Counted from the stretch's first letter, positions 9,994 to 22,065 are shown. The stretch: DNA of 64,000 bases from an uncultured delta proteobacterium (GCA_963794325.1 CAWCDG010000004.1:960001-1024000), one strand, 5' to 3'. Notes: generated from the letters alone by a model not told the origin. Translations and numbers: made by a program.

Positions 9994-10317
9994 CTGACTA
10001 ATCTCCTCTTCCTTTCGCCGCGCAAAAATGCGGCCCGAAAAAAGCGATCATATAAGAGGATAGTTCTTGCGACTAGAAGCGCGAATCCGCCCTGAAAGTA
10101 ATCCGGGATGCACCGGCGACAGAGGTGCTAGGGACGGACATCTTGATATCATTTTGTGTGGTGAAGATGACTGAAAGATAGCAAAATAAGGAATTAGCTG
10201 CCCTCATTGTGCTTTAGGGAACGTTGGTTATAACCCGAATACTTGCGCAGTGACAGTCTTTCCTGCGATACCGAACGGTATGTTGGTTCGCTCGAATCGC
10301 AGCCCGGAGGATCAGCC

Positions 10318-11994
10318 ATGTCATACGATCTGATTATCAAAAATGGAACGGTGATCGACGGTACCGGCGCCTTTCGACGACGCGCCGATGTCGCCGTCAA
10401 GGACGGAAAGGTCGCGGAAATCGGCAAAGTCACCGACGGCGCCGCCGAAACGATCGATGCGTCCGACCTGATCGTCTCGCCCGGCTTCGTCGATCCACAT
10501 ACTCACTACGATGCGCAGATCTGTTGGGATCCTCTAGTCAGTTGCACCTCGTGGCACGGCGTTACGACCGTCGTCATGGGAAATTGCGGAGTGGGTATTG
10601 CTCCTTGCAAGCCCGCGGCGCGCGAAGTGGCGGCGTGGGACCTCGTCAACGTCGAGGCGATCCCGTTCGAGGCGCTGTCGAAAGGAATCTCGTGGGAATG
10701 GGAAAGCTTTCCGGAATTTCTCGGGGCGGCGGAGCGGCGCGGCGCGGGAATCAATCTCGCGTTCCTGGCGCCGCTGACTCCGTTTCGGCACTACGTGCTC
10801 GGCGATGAGTCGATGGAGCGGGAGGCGACCCCCGATGAGACGGTGCGGGTCGCCGGGCTTTTGCGCGAGGCTGTCGATGCGGGTGCGTTCGGATTTTCCA
10901 CCACCACGCTGCCGCAGCATATCGGCTACCAGGGACGTCCGCTCGCTTGCCGCCTCGCGTCAACTGACGAGCTGAAGGCCTATGCCAACGTGCTGCGCGA
11001 CGCCGGTCGCGGCGCGATCGAAGTGGCGCTCACCCGGCGCGCGGGCCGTATGTCCGAGGACGAAGAAGGACTCCTGGAATTTCTTCTCGACGAGAGCATG
11101 CGCCCGGTCACTTGGCTCGCGATGGCGAGCCGCCCCGACAAGCCCGAGGCCAGTGCCGACACTCTCAGAAGGCTCGAGCCGCTAATCAAACGCGGCGGCG
11201 TCCCGCAGGTGCTGTGCAAGCCGTTCGTGGTGCAGATGGATCTGCGCAATCCGTTCTCCTTCGCCGACATGGAGCTGTGGGGACCAGTCTTCAATCAGCC
11301 GCTCGAGAAGCAGAAACAGTTCTACCGCGACACGGCGTTTCGTGGCGCGTTTCGCGAGGAGCTCAAGCGGCCACATCTGTTCCAGGGCAAATGGAATCGG
11401 GTCGAGGTGCTCGAGGTCGCGAGTCACGCACTGAAACAGTACGAGCGCAAGTCGGTTGGCGAAATCGCCGAGATGCGCCACGAGGATCCGCTCGACACGT
11501 TCTTCAATCTCGCACTCGAAGACGATCTGAACATCCAGTACACGATGCAGCAGTATCACGAGGAAGGAATTCAGCGGCTGATTGCGGACCCGCGCACTAT
11601 GATCGGGCTGTCCGACGGCGGCGCGCACGTGAATATGCTGTGCGACGCGGGCTACTGCACGTACCTGCTCGGCACGTGGGTGCGCGAGCGCCAGGCGATG
11701 ACCCTGGAGAATGCAATCAAGCGAATCACGTCGGAGCCCGCCGATTTCTTCGGAATCAAGGATCGCGGACGGCTCAAGGTCGGGATGCCGGCTGACGTCG
11801 CAATCTTCGACGAACGCAAAATCGGCTCAGCCAAGCGCGCGCGCATGCAAAACGACCTGCCCGGCGGCGGCCGCAGACTCGTGATGCCGGCGGAGGGCGT
11901 CGAATACACAATCGTAAACGGCGACGTCCTCTACGAACACGGTCACCATTCCGGCTACCTCCCAGGCCAGGTGCTGAGATCCGGTGCGCAGTAG
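10318..11994 (+). CDS. N-acyl-D-amino-acid deacylase family amidohydrolase
   Basis: [15 protein letters not shown] and SDGGAH motifs; GGAGG SD. Confidence 0.9.
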   Translation: MSYDLIIKNGTVIDGTGAFRRRADVAVKDGKVAEIGKVTDGAAETIDASDLIVSPGFVDPHTHYDAQICWDPLVSCTSWHGVTTVVMGNCGVGIAPCKPAAREVAAWDLVNVEAIPFEALSKGISWEWESFPEFLGAAERRGAGINLAFLAPLTPFRHYVLGDESMEREATPDETVRVAGLLREAVDAGAFGFSTTTLPQHIGYQGRPLACRLASTDELKAYANVLRDAGRGAIEVALTRRAGRMSEDEEGLLEFLLDESMRPVTWLAMASRPDKPEASADTLRRLEPLIKRGGVPQVLCKPFVVQMDLRNPFSFADMELWGPVFNQPLEKQKQFYRDTAFRGAFREELKRPHLFQGKWNRVEVLEVASHALKQYERKSVGEIAEMRHEDPLDTFFNLALEDDLNIQYTMQQYHEEGIQRLIADPRTMIGLSDGGAHVNMLCDAGYCTYLLGTWVRERQAMTLENAIKRITSEPADFFGIKDRGRLKVGMPADVAIFDERKIGSAKRARMQNDLPGGGRRLVMPAEGVEYTIVNGDVLYEHGHHSGYLPGQVLRSGAQ

Positions 11995-12029
11995 TCCGGC
12001 CAGTCAACAAGGGGCGGCGTCCCACTCTT

Positions 12030-12074
12030 GCGATTGTTCCCCTTCCCTCGAGGGAAGGGGTTAGGGGTTAGGTT
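12030..12074. repeat. REP-like palindrome, family A
   Basis: GCGATTGTTCCCCTTCCCTCGAGGGAAGGGGTTAGGGGTTAGGTT, near-identical to 268-312. Confidence 0.85.
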
Positions 12075-12153
12075 ATCTTGAATAGCCTGAATCTCGGACC
12101 ACGAAGTACGTGCATCGTTCCCTCCCTTATTTTTTCTGTCATGCTCATGATCG

Positions 12154-14126
12154 ATGTTCCGATTCTCACTGATCATTGCGGTCCTCATTATGACCTCGAC
12201 AATTCCAGCACCGCCCACTCTCGCCCAACTCCCGCCGCTGATTCCGCGCGATACGCTGCTCGGGAATCCTGAGCGCGCCAATCCGCACATTGCGCCCGAC
12301 GGCAAACGGCTCGCGTGGCTGGCGCCCGATGATCACGACGTCCTGCAAGTGTGGGTGCAGACGATTGGCCGGCACGATACGCGCGTCGTCACCGCTGACA
12401 AGAGCCGCGGAATCCATACCTACGGATGGGCCTTCGATTCGAACACGATCCTCTACTCGCAGGACGCCGCCGGCGACGAAAACTTTCACGTGTTCGCCGT
12501 CGATCTCGACTCAAACAACGTTCGCGATTTGACGCCTTGGCAAGGTGTGCGCGCCGAGACCGTCGCGTCCAGCCCGAAATTTCCGGAGCGGATACTGGTC
12601 GCGCTTAATCTGCGTGATCGCAAGTTGATGGATGTCTATCGAATCGATCTGCTGACCGGCGCCGTCGCGCTCGACACAAAAAATCCTGGCGACGTCGGCG
12701 GATGGCTGGCCGACGACGACCTGCTAGTGCGCGCGGCCACCATCACCACACCGGACGGCGGCACCGAAATCCGGATTCGCGACGGCGCGGACGGCCCTTG
12801 GCGCACGTTGATGAAGGCCTCGATGGAGGACAACCTGGTCGCGCTGGATCTCACCAAGGACGGGCAAATCGCTCATTCTAAGCACCTCGATCGGCACCGA
12901 CACCGCGCGGCTGGTGCGCCACGAAATTGCTTCCGGCAAGGAAACCGTCATCGCGCGCAGTGACGATGCGGACTTGAGCGACGCGGTCATTCAACCGACC
13001 AGCCACGTCGTGCAAGCTGCGGCGTTCGACCCCGGCCGCAAGCATTGGACGGTCGTCGATCCCTCGATTCAGGCCGACTTCGACGCGATCGCGAAAATCT
13101 CGGACGGAGATTTCAGCGTCGTTGACCGTGACCTCGCGGATAAGACGTGGCTCGTTTCATTCGACAGCGACCGCGCGCCGACCCGCTACTATTCCTGGGA
13201 TCGCGCATCGAGGAAAGCGACGTTGCTGTTCAGCGTCCAGCCCAAACTCGACGACGCGCCGCTCGCTCCGATGAAGCCCGTGGAATTCACCGCGCGCGAC
13301 GGAATGAAACTCAACGGTTATCTCACGCTGCCGGTCGGCGTGCCCGCGAAAAATCTCCCGATGGTGCTCGCGGTGCATGGCGGCCCGTGGGCCCGCGACA
13401 ATTGGGGCTTCGCTCCCTACACCCAACTACTCGCGAACCGCGGCTATGCCGTACTGCAGGTTAATTTTCGCGGCTCGACCGGATTCGGAAAGAAATATCT
13501 GCATGCCGGCGACCGCGAATGGGGCCTGACGATGCAGAGCGACCTCACCGACGGCGTGAAGTGGGCCGTCGCTCAGAACATCGCCGATCCGGCGCGTGTC
13601 GCAATATTCGGCGGTTCGTACGGCGGCTACGCAGCGCTCGCCGGCGCGGCATTCACCCCGGATGTCTATCGATGCGCGGTGGACGAATGCGGCCCGTCGA
13701 ATCTGTTCACCCTGCTGGCCTCGATACCGCCTTATTGGGCAGTCATGCGCTCGATTTTCGATACCAGGGTTGGTAATCCCGAACGATCCCAAAGACAAGG
13801 AACTGCTGAGGACCGCGTCGCCGCTGTTCTCTGCCGACAAGATAAAAATCCCGATGCTGATCGGACAGGGCGCAAACGATCCGCGAGTAAAGCAGGCCGA
13901 GGCCGAGCAGATTGTCGACGCTATCGCGAAGCATCGCGGGAGCGCGGTGTACGCCTTGTATCCCGACGAAGGGCACGGTTTCGTCCGGCCCGAGAACCGG
14001 CTCGATTTCACCGCGCGCATGGAAAAATTCCTCGCCGATAATCTCGGCGGCCGCTACGAGCCGATGAAAGGCGATCGGATTCCCGGCTCGACTGCGAAGA
14101 TCCGTGTCGTTGGCGCATCACGCTAG
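12154..14126 (+). CDS. S9 family (acylaminoacyl/dipeptidyl) peptidase with two apparent +1 frameshifts
   Basis: Three consecutive ORFs join after removing one G at 12862-12864 and one C at 13778-13780; HGGPW, GGSYGG, DPRV and DEGHG catalytic motifs are all intact. Confidence 0.85.
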
Positions 14127-14223
14127 ATTCGCGCAGACACTTCAGCGATCAGTTGTGCTATGAAAAAATCGAGGGTGCGCTGACGACGCGCTGTTGAGAT
14201 CCACCTAACCAGGAGAAATCGCC

Positions 14224-15066
14224 ATGGCCGAATTCGGAATCTCGATGTTCCCGACTGACTACGCAATCCAGCCGATCGAACTCGCGCTCGCGGCGGAAGA
14301 ACGCGGCTTCGAGTCGATGTTCTTCCCCGAGCACACGCACATCCCCGCGTCGCGCAAGACCCCGTGGCCCGGCGGCGCCGATCTGCCCAAGGAGTACTGG
14401 CATACGCACGATCCGTTCGTCGCGCTCGGCGCGGCGGCGGCGGTCACCAAAAAACTCAAACTCGCCACCGGAGTATGCCTGGTGATCGAGCGCGATCCGA
14501 TAACGCTCGCGAAGGAAGTCGCGTCGCTCGACATGATTTCCGGCGGCCGCGTGATCTTCGGAATCGGCGCCGGCTGGAACGTCGAGGAGATGGGGAATCA
14601 CGGCGCGGATTTCAAACGGCGCTGGAAAATCGTCAGAGAAAAAATTCTCGCGATACGCCAGATCTGGACCAAAGAGGCGGCCGAGTTTCACGGCGAGTTC
14701 GTGAACTTCGATCCCATCTGGTCGTTTCCCAAGCCGGTGCAACCCGGCGGACCGCCGATTCTCCTCGGCTCGCAATCGCCCAAAACCTTCGATCGGGTCG
14801 CCGAGTATTGCGACGGATGGATGCCGATAAATTTCCCGCGCTACGATCTCGCCGCCGGCCTGAAGGCGCTGGCCGAAGCGGGCAAAAAAGCGGGCCGCGG
14901 CAAACTTCCGGTCTCGATGTTCGGCGTCGGCCCGAACGAGGAACACATCAAAAAGTTCCTCGACCTCGGCCTCGACCGGCTAATCTTCGCGTTGCCCCCC
15001 GCGCCGCGCGACAGTGTACTGCCGTTGCTCGACAAGTACGCAGACCTGAAGTCCAAGGCGCGCTGA
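14224..15066 (+). CDS. LLM class F420-dependent oxidoreductase (Rv2161c-like)
   Basis: PEHTHIP, DPFVAL, AKEVASLD and PKPVQ motifs. Confidence 0.88.
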   Translation: MAEFGISMFPTDYAIQPIELALAAEERGFESMFFPEHTHIPASRKTPWPGGADLPKEYWHTHDPFVALGAAAAVTKKLKLATGVCLVIERDPITLAKEVASLDMISGGRVIFGIGAGWNVEEMGNHGADFKRRWKIVREKILAIRQIWTKEAAEFHGEFVNFDPIWSFPKPVQPGGPPILLGSQSPKTFDRVAEYCDGWMPINFPRYDLAAGLKALAEAGKKAGRGKLPVSMFGVGPNEEHIKKFLDLGLDRLIFALPPAPRDSVLPLLDKYADLKSKAR

Positions 15067-15119
15067 AACGCGAGGAATTTCCTCTCTAGCGCGGGCCGCT
15101 TATTTCTAGTCGCTAGCCC

Positions 15120-15167
15120 TTGACTGACTTGGTCGAGATCTTTAGTCTAGCCACCCTATCGACTAAA
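15120..15167 (+). promoter_or_regulatory. Sigma70-like promoter (TTGACT-17-TAGTCT) overlapped by a palindromic operator
   Basis: -35 at 15120-15125, -10 at 15143-15148; inverted repeat TTTAGTCTAG-N7-ATCGACTAAA at 15141-15167 abuts the Rrf2 ATG. Confidence 0.7.
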
Positions 15168-15626
15168 ATGCTTTCGAAGAAGTCGAAATACGCCCTCAAG
15201 GCGATGCTGGTTCTGGCCAAAGAATACGGCCAGGGGCCGGTGCTGATATCCGATATGGCGCAGCGCGAGGGTATCCCGCGCAAGTTCCTCGAGCTCATAC
15301 TGCTCGAACTCAAGAACCAGGGGCTCCTGCAGAGCAAGAAGGGGAAGGGCGGCGGGTATTTCCTCGGACGCGAGCCCCGCGCGATTAGCGTCGGGCACAT
15401 TGTACGCGTCCTGGACGGGCCAATCGCACCTTTGCCTTGCGTCAGCAAAACCGCTTACATGCGATGCCGCGAGTGCCGCGACGAGCGCAGTTGCGGAATC
15501 CGGATCGTGATGAAGGAAGTGCGCGACGCGACCGCGAAGATAATGGACTCGACTTCGCTCGAGGACATGCTAAAGCGCGTCGAGGCTGTGGTCACTGGCA
15601 ACGAATCATTGAGCTTCGCGATTTGA
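15168..15626 (+). CDS. Rrf2 family regulator (CymR/IscR-like) heading the sulfate operon
   Basis: KYALKAM, SKKGKGGGY, DGPIAPLPC...CREC...C. Confidence 0.92.
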   Translation: MLSKKSKYALKAMLVLAKEYGQGPVLISDMAQREGIPRKFLELILLELKNQGLLQSKKGKGGGYFLGREPRAISVGHIVRVLDGPIAPLPCVSKTAYMRCRECRDERSCGIRIVMKEVRDATAKIMDSTSLEDMLKRVEAVVTGNESLSFAI

Positions 15627-15651
15627 AGTAAGGTGAACTCTTTTTTTGAAG

Positions 15652-15678
15652 ACTAGTCTAGTCATCTAATAGGATAGA
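15652..15678 (+). promoter_or_regulatory. Second putative Rrf2 operator, upstream of yezD
   Basis: ACTAGTCTAG-N7-ATAGGATAGA aligns with the 15141-15167 site at the same 10-7-10 spacing. Confidence 0.6.
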
Positions 15679-15680
15679 TT

Positions 15681-15884
15681 ATGAAACCAGATTCTACTCT
15701 GACTAGCCGGCGCGATGTTCAATCTGAGCAAGACTCGGGCAACGAAAACGAGATTCTCCGGCGTATCGCCATCGCGATCAGCGGCGTGCGCTTCGGCTCG
15801 GTTGAGGTCGTGATCCAGGACTCGCGCGTCGTGCAGATCGAGCGCAAAGAAAAATTTCGCTTTGACAAGAACGGTCGTGGATAG
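15681..15884 (+). CDS. yezD: YezD family small protein (DUF2292)
   Basis: VRFGSVEVVIQDSRVVQIERKEKFR signature. Confidence 0.88.
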   Translation: MKPDSTLTSRRDVQSEQDSGNENEILRRIAIAISGVRFGSVEVVIQDSRVVQIERKEKFRFDKNGRG

Positions 15885-16011
15885 CTCATTCGGATCGAAC
15901 TGTTAGCCCGGACCAGGGAAGGATCCGTGGCCGCTATGACAGAGCCGTTAATCAACCACCGCGAGCTGACCGGACATCCGGAAGTTCCCCAAACGATGAG
16001 GGGCTTCCGAG

Positions 16012-17475
16012 ATGAGAAAATGCACTTTGCCGATCCTGCCGGTCCTGCTGGCGGTGGTAATTACCGAGATGATTTTCGCCGCCGGGCCGGCGCGTGCGCA
16101 GTCGAGCGTCGCGGCCGATCCGAAGGATCAGGAAATCCAATTGCTCAAGACAGAAATCAACCAGCTCGAGCACCGGGTCGACACGTTGGAAGGACTTGAC
16201 CAGAGAGTGAAAGTGATCGACCGCAAGCTCGAGGTGCAGGCGGAAACCGAGCACCAAAAGTCGCTCGAAGCGCCGATCGTAAAGGTCGGCGCCGAAGGAT
16301 TCTCCCTGTCGTCGCCGAACCACGATTACAACATCGGTTTCGGTGGAATCATCCAGGGCGACGGCCGCTTCTTCTCCAGTGGCAGCGACAAGAACGTCGG
16401 CAGCACATTCTTCCTCAACCGGGTGCGCCCGATTCTGACCGGCTCGGTGGCCAAGTACTACAACTTCAACATCACGCCCGACTTCGGCCAGGGCAGGGTC
16501 ACGCTGCAAGACGCCTACCTGAATATCACCTATTGGGATTATGCGAGTCTCAGGTCCGGCAAGTTCAAAGCACCGCTCGACCTCGAGCGCTTGCAGTCGG
16601 ACCGCGATCTCATGTTCAGCGAGCGTTCGGAGATCCAGAATCTGGTCCCGAACCGTGACACTGGCGCCGACCTTCACGGCAAGCTTCTGGATGGCCGCAT
16701 CTACTATGACGCCGCGCTGATGAACGGAGTGCCGAACAACACCGCCGCAGACACCACAGATCTCGACACCAATGACGGCAAGGATTTCGTCGGCCGTATC
16801 TTCGCGACACCTTTCGAACTCAGCGAGAACCAATGGCTCAAAGGTCTCGGCTTTGGCTTCGCCGGCTCTTACGGCGACGAGCGCGGCAGCACGACGTCGG
16901 TCTACAGGACCTACGGCATGAGCACCTGGTTCTCGTACAGCAAGGGCGTGACCGCGTCCGGACTGCGCGCCCGTATCGAGCCCCAGCTCTACTACTACGC
17001 GCGCGGTTTCGGCTTGATGGCCGAATATGCGCAGGATGAGCACTCGCTGAATCGGTTCACCACGGTCGGCAAGCCAGCGAGGCTCATCAACCGAACCGAC
17101 ACGTTCACGGACACCGGCTACTTCGCGCAGGCGTCCTACCTGCTGACCGGCGAAGACGCGAGCTACGGCTGGGTCAGGCCATACAATCCGTTCGACCCGC
17201 GCAACGGACATTGGGGCGCATGGGAGTTGGCGGCCCGAATCAGCAACGTTGCCACGCAGAGCCGCCAGTTCCAGCTCGGCTTCGCCAATCCGAGCGTATC
17301 CGCGAAAGATGCAACTGAGTTTGCGTTCGGCGTCAACTGGTACCTGAACTCAAACGTCAAGTGGCAGTGGGACTACGCCAATACCTTCTTCAACGGCGGC
17401 GCGGGTACCACCGCCGAGCCGAAAGATCGGCCGAACGAAAGCGTGTTCGAGTCGCAACTGCAGATCACGTTCTGA
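16012..17475 (+). CDS. OprO/OprP-family anion-selective porin
   Basis: Signal peptide, coiled-coil, [29 protein letters not shown] and a terminal Phe. Confidence 0.88.
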   Translation: MRKCTLPILPVLLAVVITEMIFAAGPARAQSSVAADPKDQEIQLLKTEINQLEHRVDTLEGLDQRVKVIDRKLEVQAETEHQKSLEAPIVKVGAEGFSLSSPNHDYNIGFGGIIQGDGRFFSSGSDKNVGSTFFLNRVRPILTGSVAKYYNFNITPDFGQGRVTLQDAYLNITYWDYASLRSGKFKAPLDLERLQSDRDLMFSERSEIQNLVPNRDTGADLHGKLLDGRIYYDAALMNGVPNNTAADTTDLDTNDGKDFVGRIFATPFELSENQWLKGLGFGFAGSYGDERGSTTSVYRTYGMSTWFSYSKGVTASGLRARIEPQLYYYARGFGLMAEYAQDEHSLNRFTTVGKPARLINRTDTFTDTGYFAQASYLLTGEDASYGWVRPYNPFDPRNGHWGAWELAARISNVATQSRQFQLGFANPSVSAKDATEFAFGVNWYLNSNVKWQWDYANTFFNGGAGTTAEPKDRPNESVFESQLQITF

Positions 17476-17482
17476 GGTCACG

Positions 17483-18514
17483 ATGTCAGGTCGCAAATTG
17501 AAATTTACCTACGCGCTCGCCGCCATCGCGATTGCGGCGAGCGTTACTTTCGGCGCTCGCGCCGCGCGCGCAGCTCAAATCACACTGCTTAACGTATCGT
17601 ACGATCCGACTCGCGAACTCTACGAAGCTGTCAACGCGCAGTTCGCCAAGGATTGGAAAGCGAAGACCGGCGACGACGTCACCATCGACCAATCGCACGG
17701 CGGCTCGGGCAAGCAGGCCCGCGCCGTGATCGACGGCCTCGAGGCCGACGTCGTGACGCTCGGCCTCGCGGGCGACATCGATGCGATCGTCGAGAAGGCC
17801 GACTTGCTGCCGCCAAGCTGGCAATCGCGCCTGCCCGACAACAGTTGCCCCTACACTTCGACCATCGTGCTGCTGGTGCGCAAGGGAAATCCGAAGAACA
17901 TCAAAGATTGGGATGACCTGGTGAAGCCGGGCATTTCGGTAATCACGCCGAATCCGAAGACCTCAGGCGGCGCGCGATGGAATTTTCTCGCCGCGTGGGG
18001 ATACGCGCTGAAGAAGAACGCTGGCGATGAGGCCAAGGCGGCGGCGTTCGTCGGCGCGCTCTACAAAAGCGTGCCAGTGCTCGATTCCGGCGCGCGCGGC
18101 TCGACCACTACTTTCGTCGAGCGCGAAATCGGCGACGTGCTGATCGCGTGGGAGAACGAGGCGCGGATGGCGATCAAGCAATTCGGCCCCGACAAGTACG
18201 AGGTCATCTATCCGTCGATTAGCGTCCTGGCCGAACCTCCGGTCGCATGGATAGACAAGGTGGACCGCCGTCACGGCACGGCCGCTATCTCGAAGGCATA
18301 CCTGGAATTTCTGTACACGCCGGCGGGACAGGAAATAATCGCGCAGAATTTCTTCCGTCCACGCGACAAGACCGTCGCCGCGAAATATGCAAGCCAATTC
18401 CCGAGCTTGCCGATGCTCACGATCGATTCCGATTTCGGTGGATGGAAACAGGCGCAGCCGAAGTTCTTCGCCGACGGCGGCGTCTTCGACAAGATCTATC
18501 AGCCGGGAAGTTAA
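17483..18514 (+). CDS. sbp: Sulfate ABC transporter substrate-binding protein
   Basis: [24 protein letters not shown] and [12 protein letters not shown] motifs. Confidence 0.95.
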   Translation: MSGRKLKFTYALAAIAIAASVTFGARAARAAQITLLNVSYDPTRELYEAVNAQFAKDWKAKTGDDVTIDQSHGGSGKQARAVIDGLEADVVTLGLAGDIDAIVEKADLLPPSWQSRLPDNSCPYTSTIVLLVRKGNPKNIKDWDDLVKPGISVITPNPKTSGGARWNFLAAWGYALKKNAGDEAKAAAFVGALYKSVPVLDSGARGSTTTFVEREIGDVLIAWENEARMAIKQFGPDKYEVIYPSISVLAEPPVAWIDKVDRRHGTAAISKAYLEFLYTPAGQEIIAQNFFRPRDKTVAAKYASQFPSLPMLTIDSDFGGWKQAQPKFFADGGVFDKIYQPGS

Positions 18515-18517
18515 GCG

Positions 18518-19358
18518 ATGGCAGTGAAGGCGAAAACGAAAACGGACCAACGTGCTGCCGGGATTCGGCCTGACGCTGGGCTTCACCCTCGCCTACCTCG
18601 GGATCGTCGTGCTGATTCCGATCTCGACGATCTTCTTCAAGACCTTCACCCTGACCTGGCCTCAGTTCTGGGCCGCCGTCGCAAGTCCGCGCACCATCGC
18701 GGCGTATAAGCTGAGCTTCGGCGCCTCGATCGCGGGCGCGTCGATCAACTCGGTTTTCGGTTTCATCGTCGCGTGGAGCCTGGTGCGCTACGAGTTTCCC
18801 GGCAAGACGCTGATTGACGTGATGGTCGACCTGCCGTTCGCTCTGCCAACTTCGGTGGCGGGAATTACTCTCACCGCAATTTACGCCGGCAACGGATGGA
18901 TCGGGGGCTATCTCGCTCCGATTGGAATCAAAGTCGCTTACACGCCGCTCGGAGTGATCGTCGCGCTTACCTTCGTCGGACTGCCGTTCGTCGTTCGCAC
19001 GATCCAGCCGGTGCTCGAGGACCTCGATCAGGAGTACGAAGAAGCGGCGGCGACGCTGGGCGCGAGCCGCCTGCAGACGTTCATTCTGGTGATCGCCCCC
19101 GCGCTGATTCCCGCGTTGCTGACCGGATTCGCACTCGCGTTCGCGCGCGCTCTGGGTGAATACGGCTCGGTGGTTTTTATCTCGGGCAACATGCCGATGC
19201 ATACCGAAGTGGTGCCGCTGTTGATCATGAGCAAGCTCGAGCAGTTCGACTACGCCGGCGCAACCGCGATCGCGGTGGTCATGCTGACGGCGTCGTTCGC
19301 GATCCTGCTCGGTATCAACGTGCTGCAAAGGTGGAGCAGCCGCCGCCTGGCGGCCTGA
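18518..19358 (+). CDS. cysT: Sulfate ABC transporter permease CysT (apparent +1 frameshift near the start; alternative GTG start at 18552)
   Basis: VLPGFGLTLG, DLPFALPTSVAG and EEAAATLGA motifs; removing one A at 18533-18536 gives MAVKAKRKRTNVLPGFG. Confidence 0.9.
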
Positions 19359-19367
19359 CGGTCCTCA

Positions 19368-20243
19368 ATGGCCAGCGAGTCGCCTAAGAAACCCGGAACT
19401 GCGGATCCGCCCGCGGTCAGAATCGCGTTGATCACGATCGCCGTGGTGTTCGTCGCGCTTTTCATTTTCATCCCGGTCATCGCCGTCTTTACCGAGGCGC
19501 TAAAGAAGGGGCTCGGCGCATACTTCGCCGCGATTACGGATCCCGAAGCACGCGCCGCGATTCGCCTTACGCTGATGACCGCGGCAGTCGCGGTACCGCT
19601 CAACGTCACGTTCGGAATCGCCGCATCATGGGCGATCGCGCGCTTCGATTTTCCCGGCAAGCAAATCATCCTGACGCTGATCGATATTCCGTTCTCGGTC
19701 TCGCCGGTCATCGCAGGCATGCTGTTCGTGCTGCTGCTCGGCGTGCGCGCGCCGCTTGGCGGATGGCTCGCGGATCACAATATAAGGATCATCTTCGCTG
19801 AGCCGGGAATCGTGCTCGCGACGATCTTCGTCACGTTCCCGCTCGCGGCGCGCGAACTGATTCCCATCATGCAGGCGGTCGGCAGCGAGGAAGAGGAAGC
19901 CGCGATCGTATTGGGCGCCGGCGGATGGCAGATGTTCTTCCGCGTGACGATCCCCAATGTCAAATGGGGCCTGCTGTACGGGATGGTGCTGTGCAACGCG
20001 CGTGCGATGGGCGAGTTCGGCGCGGTCTCGGTAGTGTCAGGGCATATCCGCGGGCATACCAACACGATGCCGCTGTACATCGAGATTCTGTACAATGACT
20101 ACCAATTCGCCGCCGCGTTTGCGGTTTCATCGCTGCTAACCCTGCTCGCAATCGCGACGCTCGTCGCCAAGTATTACCTGGCGCGCCGCGTAATCCCGGC
20201 GAAGCAGGAACCCGACGACCTGGCGGTTAAAGTCGCTGCATGA
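19368..20243 (+). CDS. cysW: Sulfate ABC transporter permease CysW
   Basis: [12 protein letters not shown] and [19 protein letters not shown] motifs. Confidence 0.95.
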   Translation: MASESPKKPGTADPPAVRIALITIAVVFVALFIFIPVIAVFTEALKKGLGAYFAAITDPEARAAIRLTLMTAAVAVPLNVTFGIAASWAIARFDFPGKQIILTLIDIPFSVSPVIAGMLFVLLLGVRAPLGGWLADHNIRIIFAEPGIVLATIFVTFPLAARELIPIMQAVGSEEEEAAIVLGAGGWQMFFRVTIPNVKWGLLYGMVLCNARAMGEFGAVSVVSGHIRGHTNTMPLYIEILYNDYQFAAAFAVSSLLTLLAIATLVAKYYLARRVIPAKQEPDDLAVKVAA

Positions 20244-21310
20244 GTATCGAGCTCAGAAACATCAGCAAGAAGTTCGGCGACTTTGTTGCGGTTGACAATA
20301 TCAACCTGCACATCGAAACCGGCGAGCTGGTTGCGCTGCTCGGGCTGTCGGGCTCGGGCAAGACCACGCTGCTGAGAATAATCGCGGGCCTCGAGACGCC
20401 GGACAGCGGCGAGGTGCTGTTCCATGGCGAGGATGCCAGCGCGGTCAGCGTTCGCAAGCGCAAAGTCGGTTTCGTCTTTCAGCATTACGCGCTGTTCCGC
20501 CACATGACGGTGTTCGAGAACGTCGCCTTCGGAATGCGCGTGCTGCCGCGGCGCGAACGTCCCGCCGAGGCCGAAGTCGCGCGACGCGTGCACGAGCTGT
20601 TGAAACTCGTGCAGCTCGACTTCCTGGCCGACCGCTATCCCTCGCAGCTCTCCGGCGGACAGCGCCAGCGCGTCGCACTCGCACGCACGCTCGCCGTCGA
20701 GCCGAAAGTGTTGCTGCTGGACGAGCCGTTCGGCGCGCTCGATGCCAAGGTGCGGCAGGAACTGCGTCGATGGCTGCGGCGGCTTCACGACGAGATCAAA
20801 ATCACCAGCGTCTTCGTCACTCACGATCAGGAAGAAGCGCTCGAGCTCGCCAACCGAATCGTTGTGATGAACCAGGGGCATATCGAGCAAATCGGCTCGG
20901 CCGAGGAAGTCTATCACCATCCCGCCAACGCGTTCGTGTACAACTTTCTCGGCAACGTGAATCTGTTCCACGGCCGAATCGAAAACGGCCGCGTGTTCAT
21001 CGGCGACACCGCCGTCGAGCTCGAGAACACCCACGTGCATGCGCATCCCGAAACCGGCAAGGCGGTTCTCTACGTGCGGCCGCATCTGCTGGAAATCGTG
21101 CTGCGGCCGAACGGCAAGCAAACCTTCCCCGCGACCGTGAAATCGATTAATCCGGCGGGGCCGCAAGTCAAAGTCGAGCTGGTCGCCGAATGGGGCGACC
21201 TGGTGCAAGTCGAAATCAGCCACGAGCGCTACGAGACCCTGCACCTGCAGACCGGCGCAAACGTGTTCCTGAGACCCAAAGAACAGAAGCTGTTCGTGTA
21301 TCAGATTTAG
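20240..21310 (+). CDS. cysA: Sulfate ABC transporter ATPase CysA
   Basis: [30 protein letters not shown] and a TOBE-like C-terminus. Confidence 0.95.
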   Translation: MSIELRNISKKFGDFVAVDNINLHIETGELVALLGLSGSGKTTLLRIIAGLETPDSGEVLFHGEDASAVSVRKRKVGFVFQHYALFRHMTVFENVAFGMRVLPRRERPAEAEVARRVHELLKLVQLDFLADRYPSQLSGGQRQRVALARTLAVEPKVLLLDEPFGALDAKVRQELRRWLRRLHDEIKITSVFVTHDQEEALELANRIVVMNQGHIEQIGSAEEVYHHPANAFVYNFLGNVNLFHGRIENGRVFIGDTAVELENTHVHAHPETGKAVLYVRPHLLEIVLRPNGKQTFPATVKSINPAGPQVKVELVAEWGDLVQVEISHERYETLHLQTGANVFLRPKEQKLFVYQI

Positions 21311-21347
21311 CCGCCCCTCTCTTTCTGCCGGACATGTTGCGTCTCGA

Positions 21348-21384
21348 TTGACATTTTGTCGCATAGGATGCTACAGTTCAAGCA
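21348..21384 (+). promoter_or_regulatory. Sigma70 promoter of higBA (TTGACA-18-TACAGT, extended TG), probably giving a leaderless mRNA
   Basis: -35 at 21348-21353, -10 at 21372-21377; the ATG follows after a 7-nt gap with no SD. Confidence 0.65.
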
Positions 21385-21660
21385 ATGATCAAGAGCTTCC
21401 GGCATAAGGGGCTCAAAGATCTGTTCGAAACCGGACGCAGCGCACTGCTCCCGCCTCAATTGCGGAAACGATGCGCTAACTTACTCGAAGTCCTCGATGA
21501 AGCAGAGAATTTGAATGACTTGTCGGGGCCAGGATTTGGAACCCACCCGCTGCATACAAAGCCGCCTCGATACGCGATGTCAGTGAATGGACCGTGGCGG
21601 ATTACTTTTCAATTTGAGTACGGCAACGCGCTGCTGGTCGACCTGGAGCAGTACCACTGA
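21385..21660 (+). CDS. higB: HigB (RelE/ParE family) toxin
   Basis: MIKSFRHKGLK...SVNGPWRITF...YH; toxin-first gene order. Confidence 0.9.
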   Translation: MIKSFRHKGLKDLFETGRSALLPPQLRKRCANLLEVLDEAENLNDLSGPGFGTHPLHTKPPRYAMSVNGPWRITFQFEYGNALLVDLEQYH

Positions 21661-21679
21661 GAAGAAAGGAGTCTGGTAG

Positions 21680-22006
21680 ATGAAGCGGGAGTATGCCGTT
21701 GATCGCGAGAAGGTCGCCGCGCGCAGGCCGATTCATCCCGGTGTTATTTTTGCCGTGGAGGTGATGCCCGAGCTGAGGCGGCATCGGACGATTGGTGAGA
21801 TTGCCACGCTGCTCGGCGTGAGTCGTCAGACTTTGCATCGCGTGATGGTCGGCGACATCGCCATCAGCTCCGAGATGGCCGTTCGGCTGGGCAAGCTATG
21901 CGGCAACGGGCCGGGAATCTGGATCAGGCTGCAGGGGCGTTACGATACCTGGGAGGCTGCGCGCCGGCTTGGCCGTCGGCTCGAGAAGATACCGACCCTG
22001 GCCTGA
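21680..22006 (+). CDS. higA: HigA antitoxin (HTH XRE)
   Basis: PIHPG, LGVSRQTL, EMAVRLGK and WIRLQGRYD motifs. Confidence 0.92.
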   Translation: MKREYAVDREKVAARRPIHPGVIFAVEVMPELRRHRTIGEIATLLGVSRQTLHRVMVGDIAISSEMAVRLGKLCGNGPGIWIRLQGRYDTWEAARRLGRRLEKIPTLA

Positions 22007-22065
22007 CTGAGAAGGCCGCAGCGATTGGGAACCGCGCGGGCTTCGAAGCTGTTTTCTAATATGCG

